Assembly: GCA_964016885.1 (NCBI GenBank)
Contig: OZ024754.1
Coordinates: 9,734,001-9,798,000 of the forward strand
Length of the DNA: 64,000 nucleotides
Direction of reading: 5' to 3'
Origin: Eledone cirrhosa
Taxonomy: Eukaryota
Shown here: one piece after another, positions 27,471 to 41,962 of the stretch
Layout of the letters: the number at the start of each line of letters is the position of its first letter
Position numbering within the stretch: position 1 is the stretch's first letter
Notes under the pieces: model-generated
Database searches by the model: none
Told to the model about the DNA's origin: nothing
What the model saw: the letters and a program-made list of their open reading frames with translations, nothing else
Program-made: the position numbers and the translations under genes

Positions 27471-28718
27471 TATGCAAAGAAAAAGGTACAATTTATCCTT
27501 GCAGGGTTTAATTTCGAAATAATGGTGCCATCTAAACAGGATAATATTTAGAATGTCTTTTTACTATCTTGGCTCTCTCTGCCATTCTTTGAAAAAATCA
27601 ATAAATTGGTAGCAGTGTCTAAGAAAAGACTAAAAAGAAACAAAGTTACTTCAATATTTTATGTTGCTCTATTTTTCTATCAGATCACATCTGGATTAAT
27701 AATGTCAAGCTTGATGAAATAACTAAGCATAAAATAAGTTTGGGGAGGCAGATGGAGGGAGGGTTTTAGCTTTTGTTTCATGTTTTGGGAGAGAGGGAGG
27801 GTTTTAGTTTTTGTTTGTTTCATGTTTTGGAAGGGAGGAAGGGAGGGGTGTTTTTTGTTTTTTTTTCGAGTTTTGGAAGGGAGGGGGGAGAGTTTTAGTT
27901 TGTTTTTTTTTGTTTCATGTTTTCCCAGTAATGTTGTTACCTGGAGAGAATACAAAATTCACTCTAACTTTGTTTGTAAGGTAATCAAGTTTTGGAAAGT
28001 ATATTTTTAGATATCCATTTGTTATAGAAAATGGTCATCTAATTTTGGTTTTATGTAGCTCTTATAGTGTCTAGAAATCTGGAGTCTTGCAGATTAAATA
28101 TTACTCTCTAAATATTATAATTCTAGAAGCATAGTTTTACATAAGTATAGCAATATTGGAACTAAACTGTAAGCTTTCTACTGAATCTAATCATTGTGAG
28201 TGAGTGTTTTTTGTTAGTTAGTAAACAACAGGGAAAAAATTATCTTTTGTCTGGACTTTTTAGATTTTTTTTTTATTATACATGAAGCATCATTGCAGTT
28301 AATAATGCTTTATAACCAATCTATGAATATTAATTGTTCATCTATGAATCACTATTACTTTTGCTGTCTCAAGCTATCGTTTTTTTTTTTACAAAGAATG
28401 TTGTGTTAATTTTTATTGTTACTATATCCTGTAAATAACTATTCTGACTGTTAACTGTTCTAAGTTCAAATTAGAACAAGATTAATCTATTCTGTGATGT
28501 CTTTTGAGAAGAAATATGTGAACCATTTCATTACCATATTTCTAATAAAATATACTGTAAATAAATTGATTAATGTAGAATTTAGACAGATTTACTAAAA
28601 ATATTTTATTAATAAGAGATATGGATTCACTCCCATGTGTGCTGATGCTATTCTTTTCCCGTTTGGTCATCAAGGTGTTTCTTGAATAAATGTCACATGA
28701 TAACAGCAACAACAAAAA

Positions 28719-29060
28719 CGAGCTGAAATGACTCTTCCAGCATGTCTCCCTCACGATCTTCTGGAGAAACACCATCTCTATTCTGTCTGCCGGGGCCGTG
28801 GAGCGGCCACCGTTTGGGCCCCCATTTGTTCATAATAGTGAGAGGTGGAGAAAACGGGAGAGAGACAGGAGCTGACAGTCCTTTGTGTTTGGACTTAGTG
28901 TATATGAGAGATGGGGAGAGCGGGAGAGAGACAGGAGCTGGCAGTGGGAGTTTAGTTCTTTTGTGTTCGGACCTGGTGTATATGAGAGATGGGGAGAGCG
29001 GGAGAGAGACAGGAGCTGGCAGTGGGAGTTTAGTTCTTTTGTGTTCGGACATGGTGTATA
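28719..29060 (+). mobile_element. Second CRE-like 3' fragment with ~73-bp tandem units in the tail
   Basis: ELK*LFQHVSLTIFWRNTISILS is homologous to 27270-27345; followed by repeated gggagagagacaggagctg units. Confidence 0.6.
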
Positions 29061-30654
29061 GATCTTTCTTTAGACAAATGATTTAAAATGTTATTACCAC
29101 AGCCCAGTATTGTCCTAACAGACAAAACATCCAACATTTATTAGTCAGTTGTTTTGTAGGACTATTAAAAACATAATTATACTGAGGTTAACTCTTATAA
29201 TTCTTTGCTATACATGCTGATAGAACTATGTATAAATTATTATTTTACGAGTCCTTTTATCAATTACTGATACTTCCTTTTATATTTTATAGTTATACTT
29301 AGGCATTCATGATAGCATTAAAATTTCATCACCATTTCATTTTCTTTTGTTCATTTTCAATTCTTGCATAGGTTAAATGGGTCCTTTTTAATGCAACAAT
29401 TCAGCACTACTGCAGTCCTTTATCTTTTTTGTGAGGTTAAGCATCCTGAGGTCAGCTTTTATTACTCTTGTCCATGTTTTCCTTGAACTTCTTCCATGAT
29501 TTCCTTCATCTTGGAATTCTTGGCATTTCTTTACTCAATTCTTATCATCCTTAGGCATCACATACTCCATAGCAGAGCAGTATTCTCTCTTGCACACAAC
29601 ATTTGGTTCTTCTTATAACCAATTTATCTCTCAACTGATCTGTATTTCAGTATGCTCTTTATTTCACATCGCTCCAGTCCACTCAGCTGTAGTACCTGTA
29701 ATTCAAGATGCCAGCTTTGTTACATATCCTGCTGAATCTCTCTAAGAATTATATTAAGAGTGCACATGTCTGTGGAATACTCAGCCACTTGCATGTTAAT
29801 TTCCTGACTAAGCAGTTCTGATGATTGAATTTACTGGAGTAGACATCATCAGAAATGACAGAGGTCCAATAACAACATATTGGCAGACTGGACTCAAATT
29901 CAAAACCTTTATTCTTGAACTGAGCCACTAACACATATAGATGAGTCAGCTAACTCTTCGATTGATTCAATTGACAAGATCCCAGACCTCACATGCTTAC
30001 CATGTGGAGTGGAATTGATCAAATCAGACCAAGGAAACAATATTTTCCTTGCTGATACTATCTACCGGCCTGACAGAAAGAGCAGCATTAAATAAAGTCT
30101 CTTGATGAAGGACACAGCACATCATTCTGTCCAGGAATGAAACTCACAACCTCATGATTGCGAATCCAATTTTCTAACCACTAAGCCACTCTTAACCCCC
30201 TGTATTGTTGAAAAACTGATTTGTTAATTCAAATGCTTATAAAAATTTGAATTATTATTGTGAACGGCGGTGAATTGGCAGTATCGGTAGAGGGTCGGAC
30301 GCCATGCTTTCCAGCATAGTTACGTCCCTTTACAGTCTGAGTTCAAATCCCGCCGAGGTTAACTTTGCCTTTCATCCTTACGGGGTCGATAAAATGAAGT
30401 ACCAGTAATGTACTGGGTAATTGTTGGCCTTGTGCCTAAAGTAGAAACAATTATTGTGAACATTTGCAGTATTACAATAAAGATTTTAATATTTAATGTA
30501 ATGCTATCTTGGTGTTGTTTAGTATTTTACTGTCTTACTATTGGGGTTATTATTGTGTTACATGATGCTCAGATTTAGTAGCTTAAGAAATTATAGTCAT
30601 ATTAACAGTAACTCATCTCAGATGTTTAAATATTTAAGGATTCGTTTAGATTAG

Positions 30655-31157
30655 ATACGAGGGTGACACAGCAAAGACAGGTGGGGGGATAGGTAGGTAG
30701 GTATGACAGACATGTGACACAGCAAAGACAGTGTCTCAGGTGTAACAGTGGTAGGTAGTGAGGAGCTAGGTAGGTTGGTAGGTGGATAGGTAGGTAGATT
30801 GGTAGGTATGTAAGAAGGTGTGACATGCCAACCACACTGTCTCAGGTGTGACATTGGTAGATAGGTAAGGGACTAGCTAGTTTGGTTGGTAGGTAGGTTG
30901 GTAGGGAGGGAGGTATGCAGGTAGGTGTGACAGACAGGTGACTTACCAATGACACTGTCTCAGGTGTGACATTGGTAGGTAGGTAGGAGGTGTGACAGAC
31001 AGGTGACTTACCAATGACACTGTCTCAGGTGTGACATTGGTAGGTAGGTAGGGAGGTGTGACAGACAGGTGACACAGCAAAGACACTGTCTCAGATGTGA
31101 CATTGGTAGGGAGGTAGGTAGGTAGGTAGGCAGGTAGGTGTGACAGACAGGTGACTT
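30655..31157. repeat. Compound minisatellite with (GGTA)n spacers
   Basis: Repeated gacactgtctcaggtgtgacattggtagg. Confidence 0.85.
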
Positions 31158-34100
31158 GTACTATGAAAAATACAAGAAACTCTTGAAAAGACCAAACTTC
31201 TTAAAGTAAGCATATTAAAAAGTCTTTAAAACATCCATCTTATAAATATCTTTTAACTAATATAAGATAATATCTTCTGAATGTGCTGTCACTATGAACA
31301 ATATTGATTTTTAATTTAGGCACATGGCCAACAATGTAAGGGGAGGGGAATATCAATTACACCAACCCCCAGTACAAGTCTGGTATTTTATTTTATAGAC
31401 CGACAAAAGGATGAAAGGCAAAGATGAGTTCGGCAGGATTTGAACTCAGAACACAAAGACCTAAAGAGCCATAATTAATGCTGCAAAATATTTTATCCAA
31501 CAGTCTAAGGTTTTTACCAATCCATCACCCTCAATCATAGACATCATCATCATCATCATCATTTAATGTCTATTTGAAGACCAACTAATCATGTTTATAT
31601 CACAGTACCGGTTAACACACGTCTAGTGTTAATCCCCATTATCTGTGGTGTTATGAACACAGTTGAGATTCCTCAGGAAGAACCAATAATAATAGATCTT
31701 TCATGATTCCACTAAGTTACTACAAATATATCTAAGTGCTGCTGTCTGACCATTAAATTAAAGGTTTGTTTTTGCTTGACCCGTGAAGTTCCTCAATTGA
31801 AAATATCAATCAAGGCCAAGAGATTTATTTGTCTGATTGAATTTTCTCAGAATGTTTTTAAAGTAGATTCAGTCTTGTGACGAGTGAAACTTTCAATTTG
31901 CTTGTTGTTAAGTAAAAATATTATCACTTCTGTTGAAAGTATACACAAACATACATACAATGGTAAACAGCCATATCTATGTAACTGCTACACATACATA
32001 AAGTTCAAACGTAATCATACAATATACATTTATAACAATCAAGCAGAGAGTTAAAAAAAAAAAAAATTCTTTTTGTCAATCAGGACTGACTAGTTAGTCT
32101 TCTGGTTAGTCAGATTATACAAACAGCTTTGCTTGTTTTATATAATTCAATATCATCATCATCTTCATCATCATCATCATCCTCATTTTTCCATGCTAGC
32201 ATCGGTTAGATGAGTTGTCCCGTTGTGAGACAAGTCAAGTCTGGTCAGATGATGATCTATTGCTCATACAGAACTGTTTCTGGCTGGGTTTCTATGGCTG
32301 GATTCCCTTCCTAATGCCAACCTCATTTACAGTGAGTACCGAGTGCTTTTTACTGTGTCGCCTATACAACCAATTTACAGTGTGGACTGGGTGCTCTTTT
32401 GTCGTGACACCTACACGACCAATTTACAGTGAAATGGGGGGACGGGGGCATACTGTCTATATGCTTCAGCTTCAGCTTGTACCCATGGGAAGTCAGGTTT
32501 TATATAATTCAATATCATCATCATTTTTCCATGCTAGTATGGGGTAGATGAGTTATCCCGTTGTGAGACAAGTTAGGTCAGATGACCAAGTCTTGCTCAT
32601 ACAGAACTGTTTCTGGTTGGGTTTCTATGGCTGGATGCCCTTCCTAATGCCAACCTCATTTACAGTGAGCACTGGGTGTTTTTTACTGTGGTGCCTATAC
32701 GACCACTTTACAGTGGGAAATGGGTGCTTTTAATCGTGGTACCAAAATGACCACTTTACAGAGTGGACTGGGTGATTTTTGTTGTGACACCAACATGACC
32801 ACTTTACAATGTGAACTGGGTGCTTTTAATCATGGCACCAAACAAATGACCGCTTTACAGGGTGAACTGGGTGCTTTTAATCATGGTACCAAAATGACCA
32901 TTTTACAGTGTGGACAAGGTATTTTTTGTTGACACCATCATGACCATTTTACAGTGTGGATTCATTTCACTTATTTCTTAATAAATTGAGGTATTTTCCT
33001 TATTTTGATGTTTAAGTTGTGGAATAGGAACTAGACTTATTGTATTCTTCATCTTGTAATCATTTTTCTCTTTTCTTTAATAGCTTAGTATTTTATTTAA
33101 TCTTAATTGTTTTACACTTGAGTATACATATAAAAAAAATTGTCTTGAAGACTGAGATAGAGCACAAGTGTATTAGAATTCATAGAATAATTAGAAAAAC
33201 TCAATGCCTGGATACAATGTACCCTCTACAATTCCCTTTGGAAAAATTTCATTATTGTGTATTACGTAATTTTCGAAAATTCTATATTTTTCTTTAAGTA
33301 TGATTTCCACTGAAACTTTCTAACGCCAGTACCAATATATTTCTTTTGTGAATCTTTCATTTTCTGTTATAACCTTTCAACCTTGGTTCTTGTAATTAAA
33401 CATTAATTTAAACCAAACTTCAACTATCACCTACCTTTGCACTGGCATCGCAGGAAATCACCAACCATTTATTACACCTGTAACCCTTGACATAATCTAA
33501 ACACATATCTTTTACAACCGAACATTCAATATTATCACGTTACTCAAACTATATATAGGTGAAGAATTGGCAAAGTCATTAGAATGTAGGATAGAATGCC
33601 TTGCAGTATTCGTTTCAGCTCTCTGATCTCTGTGTTCAAATCTTGCAAAGGTCAACTTTGCCTTTCATCCTTTCAAGGTTGATAAAAAAAAAGTACCAGT
33701 CTAGAACTGGGGGTTGATTCTTCCTCTGTGATTTTTCTTCACTTCCTTTTCTCACTTTTTATCCTTCTCTGGAAAAAAATTTGCTGTATTCAAACCTGGA
33801 GATGGATGGGTTCTGCCAGGTTTTAAAATTCCCTAGAAACGTTGTATGTCAATACGGTGCCTCTACAACTCCCTCAGGAGTTTGGGGACCATCCAGCCAT
33901 TCAAAGTATAAATATTTTAAAAAATCTATGCACAGTGTTCTTTATATCAGCTTCTTTTAAAGATGGACAACCTTTTAGTGGGAACAGGCATCTAAAGTCT
34001 GTCTCAAGCCTGGAGGTTCATCAGGCTGCTGCTTATCCCAGTTTCCATGGCGTTAGAGCGACTGAGACTACAAGACTCCCCCCTGGACAAGGTGTCAGTC

Positions 34101-34499
34101 CATTGCAGGATTAAACCCCCAGCTATTGCTGGTACTCATTTTCTGTTGAGCATACTGGAGAAACGTGAAATGAAGTGTTTTGCTCTACACACAACTCAGT
34201 CCAGGAATGGAACCCACAACATTATGATCATAAGTCCAACACCCCTTACCACTAGGCCACGCACCACCACTATTATTTATAGTGATTAATATGGTCGATT
34301 TCATTAGGACAACTAAATTTCAAATTTCAAATTTTCCTAATGCTTCTTAGGTCAACCAGGTGTTTGGCAACAGGCAGTCTGGTCCAATCATTACACAGTA
34401 ATAACTGTTTATAATTTAGTTACTATCTATCTAATTACAAGGTCACCCATTTATACATGTCCTCCAAAGCTCTCTGTCCACCTTTAACACTCTGATCTC

Positions 34500-35000
34500 T
34501 CCCACATATCTAGCTGTCATCTACCATGTCACCCATGTCCTCCAAAACTCTCTATCCACCTCTAACACCCTGATCTCTCCAACACTATCTAGCTATGTCA
34601 CCCATGTCCTCCAACACTCTCTATCCACCTCTAACACCCTGATCTCTCCCACACTATCTAGCTATGTCACCCATGTCCTCCAAAACTCTCTATCCACCTC
34701 TAACACCCTGATCTCTCCCACACTATCTAGCTATGTCACCCATGTCCTCCAAAGCTCTCTATCCACCTCTAACACCCTGATCTCTCCCACACTATCTAGC
34801 TATGTCACTCATATCCTCCAAAACTCTCTATCCACCTCTAACACCCTGATCTCTCCCACACTATCTAGCTATGTCACCCATGTCCTCCAAAACTCTCTAT
34901 CCACCTCTAACACCCTGATCTCTCCCACACTATCTAGCTATGTTACCCATATCCTCCAAAACTCTCTATCCACCTCTAACACCCTGATCTCTCTCTCACA
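34500..35000. repeat. 69-bp minisatellite, ~7 copies
   Basis: atctagctatgtcacccatgtcctccaaaactctctatccacctctaacaccctgatctctcccacact. Confidence 0.93.
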
Positions 35001-35184
35001 GTATATTTTCCGGCAAGTTATCAATACCATTTCTTTTCCTTCTACCAGTGTTTATATATCCATCTGATTGTTCCCACAGAACAAGATCACTTGTTATCTC
35101 CTCATGGTGACAAACACAGTGACCTACAAATCTATATGTTCAGTTATTGGGAAAGTTGTTGATATACCAAAGCATGATATATAA

Positions 35185-35383
35185 AGCTGTATCAGGAAGA
35201 CACAGTAGAGGAAGACCACGAAAAACATGGGCGGAGGTGGTGAGAGCAGACCTCAGATCGCTGAAGCTCACGTAGAAGATTATGAAGGACCGTGACAAGT
35301 GGAGAGATGCTGTGCTGAATAGGACCCGTCCCACCCTTGCAAGCAAGGAAAAGCGGACGTAAAATGATGATGATGATGATGAT
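35185..35383 (+). mobile_element. RTE-type LINE 3' end
   Basis: GRHSRGRPRKTWAEVVRADL...DRDKWRDAV followed by a (GAT)n tail. Confidence 0.8.
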
Positions 35384-35644
35384 CAGGTATCAGCCTTTGC
35401 CTTTCCCTTGGACAATATCTGTGCAAGAGCAGCTGCTGGTCTTCCATCAGAAAACTTGTCAAGGTTTGTGTCTTGGAAAGGAATTTTCAGGTGACACTCC
35501 ATGATCTTATAAGATGTATAGAGGCCTTGGAGGCATATCAAGCAACTTCTTTTTAGACTGTATTTGAATGTCCCCTGTATTAAATACATGAAATAAATTG
35601 AAAATCTTAACCTATTCAACCTCACGTTTGCATTTATCAGATGA

Positions 35645-36929
35645 TACCAGTACAGTGTTACCAGTACAGTGTTACCTGTACAGTGTTACCAGTACAGTGT
35701 TACCTGTACAGTGTTACCTGTACAGTGTTACCAGTACAGTGTTACCTGTACAGTGTTACCTGTACAGTGTTACCAGTACAGTGTTACCTGTACAGTGTTA
35801 CCTGTACAGTGTTACCTGTACAGTGTTACCTGTACAGTGTTACCTGTACAGTGTTACCTGTACAGTGTTACCTGTACACTGTTACCAGTACAGTGTTACC
35901 TGTACAGTGTTACCTGTACAGTGTTACCTGTACAGTGTTACCAGTACAGTGTTACCAGTACAGTGTTACCTGTACAGTGTTACCTGTACACTGTTACCAG
36001 TACAGTGTTACCTGTACAGTGTTACCTGTACAGTGTTACCTGTACAGTGTTACCTGTACAGTGTTACCTGTACAGTGTTACCTGTACAGTGTTACCTGTA
36101 CAGTGTTACCAGTACAGTGTTACCAGTACAGTGTTACCTGTACAGTGTTACCTGTACAGTGTTACCTGTACAGTGTTACCAGTACATTGTTACCTGTACA
36201 GTGTTACCTGTACAGTGTTACCTGTACAGTGTTACCTGTACAGTGTTACCTGTACAGTGTTACCTGTACAGTGTTACCTGTACAGTGTTACCAGTACAGT
36301 GTTACCTGTACAGTGTTACCAGTACAGTGTTACCAGTACAGTGTTACCTGTACAGTGTTACCTGTACAGTGTTACCAGTACAGTGTTACCTGTACAGTGT
36401 TACCAGTACAGTGTTACCTGTACAGTGTTACCAGTACAGTGTTACCAGTACAGTGTTACCTGTACAGTGTTACCTGTACAGTGTTACCAGTACAGTGTTA
36501 CCTGTACAGTGTTACCAGTACGGTGTTACCAGTACAGTGTTACCAGTACAGTGTTACCAGTACAGTGTTACCTGTACAGTGTTACCTGTACAGTGTTACC
36601 TGTACAGTGTTACCTGTACAGTGTTACCTGTACAGTGTTACCAGTACAGTGTTACCTGTACAGTGTTACCAGTACAGTGTTACCTGTACAGTGTTACCAG
36701 TACAGTGTTACCAGTACAGTGTTACCAGTACAGTGTTACCAGTACAGTGTTACCAGTACAGTGTTACCTGTACAGTGTTACCTGTACAGTGTTACCTGTA
36801 CAGTGTTACCTGTACAGTGTTACCAGTACAGTGTTACCTGTACAGTGTTACCTGTACAGTGTTACCTGTACAGTGTTACCAGTACAGTGTTACCAGTACA
36901 GTGTTACCTGTACAGTGTTACCTGTACAG
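35645..36929. repeat. 14-bp minisatellite CC(T/A)GTACAGTGTTA, ~91 copies
   Basis: Near-perfect tandem array; explains the three overlapping ~440-aa ORFs. Confidence 0.98.
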
Positions 36930-37030
36930 CGTTCATTTGGTTATTTTCAGATGAAAATAGAGAAAAGGAAATTTGATTAAGAGGTATTCAATTCCCTTTT
37001 ATAAGTTTATGATAATGGGAGAGCACGTAT

Positions 37031-37600
37031 GTACACACACATCTACACAGATTCACATATCTATACACACACATCTACACAGATTCACATATCTATACAC
37101 ACACACCTACACAGATTCACATATCTATACACACACACACCTACACAGATTCACATATCTATACACACACACCTACACAGATTCACATATCTATACACAC
37201 ACACACCTACACCGATTCACATATCTATACACACACACGCTTACACAGATTCACATATCTATACACACACACACCAACACAGATTCACATATCTATACAC
37301 ACACACCTACACAGATTCCCATATCTATACACACACACCTACACAGATTCACATATCTATACATACACACCTACACAGATTCACATATCTATACACACAG
37401 ACCTACACAGATTCACATATCTATACACACACACCTACACAGATTCACATATCTATATACACACACACCTACACAGATTCACATATCTATACACACACAC
37501 ACACCTACACAGATTCACATATCTATACATGCCTACATATCTACACACTCACATTGCTACACACACACATATCTACACACATTCACATATCTACACATTC
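37031..37600. repeat. ~30-bp CA-rich minisatellite
   Basis: cctacacagattcacatatctata(ca)n units. Confidence 0.93.
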
Positions 37601-37687
37601 AGATGTTCAGTAAAGGAATGCTATTATTTTATCTTCTTCTATATATTAGTTAGTAAACAGAATACTTATGTACCCACATATACATGG

Positions 37688-37735
<48 letters not shown>

Positions 37736-38327
37736 TCTATCTATCTATATCTATATATATATATATATATAAATATCTATCTATCTATATCTATAGATAT
37801 CTATCTATCTATATCATCATCATTTCATTTTTCGTCCACTTTTCCCTGCTTGCAAGGGTGGGACGGGAACTGATTTGGCTTGATTTCTACAGCTGGATGC
37901 CCTTCCTAACACCAACCTCATTTACAGTGAGTGCTGGGTGCTTTTTTTTTTGCCGTGGCACCTCCACGACCACTTTACAGTGGAATGATAGGGACCCCAG
38001 TCCCTATCATCTCATTTCTACAGCTGAGTAAACTGGAGCAATGTGAAATAAAGTGTCTTGCTCAAGGAAACAACACATCACCCAGTCTGAGAATTGAACT
38101 CACAACCTTTCGATTGCAAGGCCAATGCTCTCACCACTAAGCCATGCGCCTCCATATCTATATATATATATATATATATATAGTTTCGTTGACAAATATA
38201 TCAATGTGCCCAGACACGCAGATATATTGCCTTTGGTATGACAGCTCAATGTAGGATAACTAGTATACTACAGAGCCGTTATAATTTTAGGAATAACCAA
38301 AGAGTGCTTAGAAATACATTGTTTTAT

Positions 38328-38377
38328 TAGCTAACAGTGTTTCATCCATACCCTATGGCAGGAATCATCAGAGCCTA
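38328..38377 (-). ncRNA. Type I hammerhead motif
   Basis: Reverse strand: GGCT-CTGATGA-T-TCC TGCC atag GGTA t GGA-T-GAAAC-ACT-GTT^-AGCT-AATAAA. Confidence 0.7.
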
Positions 38378-38690
38378 TAAACAAGAGTATATCAATAGTT
38401 GCATGCTCCAGCAAGCTGCGTCAGCAGAACAAGGTTAAAGGACCAGCAGGGAGGTCCCGAGGCCAGCACTATATAGAAAAAAGATACCATAGATGACGCA
38501 CATAATGTCATTAAATGTCATAAAAAATTACATCAAAAATTTATCACATAAATGATGCACTAGATGATAAGGATGTTGGGAGAGGGTAGCAAGGAATGAG
38601 TGAAGGTGTTACTCAGCATGATCAAAAACAATAAAATTATATATATATATATATATATATAGAAGTGGTTACACAATAGTTAGTTCACCA

Positions 38691-38733
38691 TACCGAGAAC
38701 AATTGTTTCACCTTAGCAAATCCTCAGCTCGTA
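38691..38733 (-). ncRNA. Minimal type I hammerhead motif
   Basis: Reverse strand: CGAG-CTGAGGA-TTTGCTAAGGT-GAAAC-AATT-GTT^-CTCG; stem II is weak. Confidence 0.7.
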
Positions 38734-38953
38734 ATAAATATATATATATATATACTTTTATAGTATTAAGGATTTTATAGTTATATAAATATATATATAT
38801 ATACTTTTATAGTATTAAGGATTTTGATTTTATCCTCTTTCAATATGAATGTAATCTCTAAATGTATACTGCCAAGCAACAATGTTTGCATATGTATCTG
38901 TATGTCTCTTGGGTTGAAAAGGAGGTCATATATGTGTTCATTCATTAATAAAT

Positions 38954-39000
38954 TGCTCCGAAGAATCCAAACCTCGGTTTGGAGGAAACAATTGTAAGCA
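38954..39000 (+). ncRNA. Type I hammerhead motif (core CCGAAGA)
   Basis: TGCT-CCGAAGA-A-TCCAAACC tc GGTTTGGA-G-GAAAC-AATT-GTA^-AGCA; U4 is replaced by C. Confidence 0.75.
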
Positions 39001-39872
39001 TATAAATGATTTGAACAGAACTTTGATTCTTATAATTTATATATACTTTTATATATATTTATATAATTTGAAGAATAAAACCAAACTCTGCTAACTATAT
39101 CATATTTAAATTTACGTATATTTCATCCTTAATATTAAGAATACTCAGAATTAAATAAAATATAACTACCTTAAACATTTTGTCCAAGAATATAAATCTT
39201 ACCAGTGCCATTTTGTTTACATTTAAAAAAAAATGAAGAGTCATACTAAGAAGTAGTACTTACCACGAGTATAGTTACTGAAATTATTCACTTGGGCACT
39301 CAAATGAACAGGCCTACATGAAATGAATATTATAACTAATATAGCTTTTTTGCACAATAAATTCAGTATCTCTCGATATATATATATATCATCATCATCA
39401 CCATTTTACGTCCATTCTTCCATGCTAGCATGGGTTAGACGGGTTGTCCTGTTGTGGGCAGTGCCTGGTCGGCTGACCTTGTCTTGCTCATACGGGAACT
39501 GATTCTGGCTTGATTTCTACAGCTGGATGCCCTTCCTTACACCAACTTCATTTACAGTGAGTGCTGGGGGCTTTTTTTCCGTGGCGCCTACATGAGCACT
39601 TTACAGTGTGGGCTGGGTGTTCTTCTGCTGTGGCACCTCCATGACCACTTTGCAGTGGGAAGGGGTGGGGGCATATTGTCTATATGCTTCAGATTCGGCT
39701 TGTACCCATGGGGGGTCGGGTCTTCTGTATTACTGTGTGACGTCAGGTCACTATATATATATATATATGTAGAAGGTGGCTATGCATATATCAGATAAGT
39801 AGCACTCAACAATTGGTAGAACTGTAGTATATATTAAAGAAGATATTAAAAGATGGTTAAAGAAGTTCCATA

Positions 39873-39939
39873 TATTTTATTATGCGCATTTCGAAAACAT
39901 CATCTGGGGACAAAAATGGTGTTCTCATCAGATAAAATA
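39873..39939 (-). ncRNA. Type I hammerhead ribozyme, family 1
   Basis: Reverse strand: TATTTTAT-CTGATGA-G..stem II..C-GAAA-TGCGCA-TA^-ATAAAATA; canonical core. Flanks are homologous to 18630-18770. Confidence 0.87.
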
Positions 39940-40135
39940 AGGTAACATGATATGAGGCCTAAAAACACTTGTCAACAGGAAAGTGCAAAACCTATATATA
40001 TATACATATATATTTATATATACATATATACATACACATATATATACATACATATATACACATACATATATACATATACATACATATAAAGATATATATA
40101 TATATATACATATATATACATACATATACATATAT

Positions 40136-40877
40136 CTAGGGTGGGTAAAATTCCTGAGATCCATGGACGAGTTCTCTCCAGCGGTCTCTGTCCCTCATTA
40201 TGGCTGCCATGTCCTGCTTCTCCAAGAGACCAGTGTCTATCCTTAGGGCATCAACATATGTCAACTTTGGTCTTCCTCTTCCAGTGTGTCCATGTAGGGG
40301 CTCCCACAGGAGCACTGAGTGCAGTGTCAATCCTGGATGTTGGTGAACATGCCCAGCTAACCACAGTGAAGGAGGCAGAGGAGTTGATGCAGGAGGTGGA
40401 GACTGTGTCGATGAGTGTGTGGCTGAGAATCAATGAGATTAAGACGAAGTATCTGGTAGAGAATATTAAGAAGCCAGAGAAGATTATGAATGTAGGCGGG
40501 AAGCCGTAGAATTGGTTGAGGACTTCCTGTATTTGGAAGCAAAGATTGGGAATACGGAAGATGATGTGGTTGAGAGGAAGAACAAAGCCTGAGTGACGTG
40601 CCACAGCTTGAGATCGGTGTGGAAGTCGGACCTTCGTAAAGACCTGGAGATCCGCCTCTTCGTTGCTGTAGTGGAGTCTGTGATGCTGTACGGGACTGAG
40701 ACTTGGACACTGACCAAGAAACTCACTCAGATGGTGGATGGGTGCTACACGAGAATGCTGAGGATGGCTCTGAACATTAGTCAGTATACACTGAGGATGA
40801 AGAACTCAGAGCTGTACGGGGGCCTCCCAAAAGTCAGCTCGAGAGTGGCACATAGGAGACTGAGGTTAGCTGGACAT
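40136..40877. mobile_element. 5'-truncated RTE-like LINE with internal inversion
   Basis: Plus strand 40361-40877 encodes an RT C-terminus (..LRINEIKTK..FLYL..SVMLYGTETWTLT..RRLRLAGH). Minus strand 40362-40136 continues LAGHVHQHPG..GRGRPKLTYVD..DRDRWR..*. Confidence 0.88.
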
Positions 40878-41289
40878 ATACATATATATACATACATATA
40901 CATACACACATATACATATATATATTCTGTTGGGTCCCGACTCTATAATATAACCATACTCTAATACCCCAAGTATTGAGTACTTTGTGGAGTAATGGGC
41001 TAACCAACTTCAAACTGATTCCATCCTTATTTATACACACACCCACACACACATATATACGTATATATATATATCATCATCATCATCATCATCATCACCG
41101 TTTTACGTCCGTTCTTCCATGCTAGCATGGGTTAGACGGGTTGTCCTGTTGTGGGCAGTGTCTGGTCGGCTGACCATGCCTTGCTCATACAGGAACTGAT
41201 TCTGGCTTGATTTATACAGCTGGATGCCCTTCCTAACACCAACCTCATTTACAGTGAGTGCATATATATATACATATATATATATATAT

Positions 41290-41962
41290 ATGCATGCATC
41301 TGTACACACATATATGCAAGAATGCATATATACACACATATATCCAAGCATGCATATACACACACCACACACATATATGCAAACATGCATATACACACAC
41401 GACACACATATATGCAAGCATGCATATAAGCACACCACACACATATATGCAAGCATGCATATACACACACCACACATATATTTGCAAGCATGCATATACC
41501 CACACATATATGCAAGCATGCATATACACACACACATATATGCAAGCATGCATATACACATATATGCAAGCATGCATATACACACATATATGCAAGCATG
41601 CATATACACACACCACACACATATTTGCAAGCATGCATATACCCACACATATATGCACGCATGCATATACCCACACACATATATGCAAGCATGCATATAC
41701 ACACACCACACACATATATGCAAGCATGCATATACCCACACATATATGCAAGCATGCATATACACACACCACACACATATATGCAAGCATGCATATACCC
41801 ACACCTATATGCAAGCATGCATATACACACACATATATGCAAGCATGCATATATACACACATATATGCAAGCATGCATATATACACACATATATGCAAGC
41901 ATGCATATACACACAACACACACATATATGCAAGCATGCATATACACACACATATATGCATG
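41290..41962. repeat. Minisatellite with quasi-palindromic core ATATGCAAGCATGCATAT
   Basis: Core repeated with variable (CA)n spacers. Confidence 0.92.

Noticed and set aside
35598-36980. 435-460 aa ORFs in three frames
   Set aside because: Translation of a stop-free 14-bp tandem repeat.
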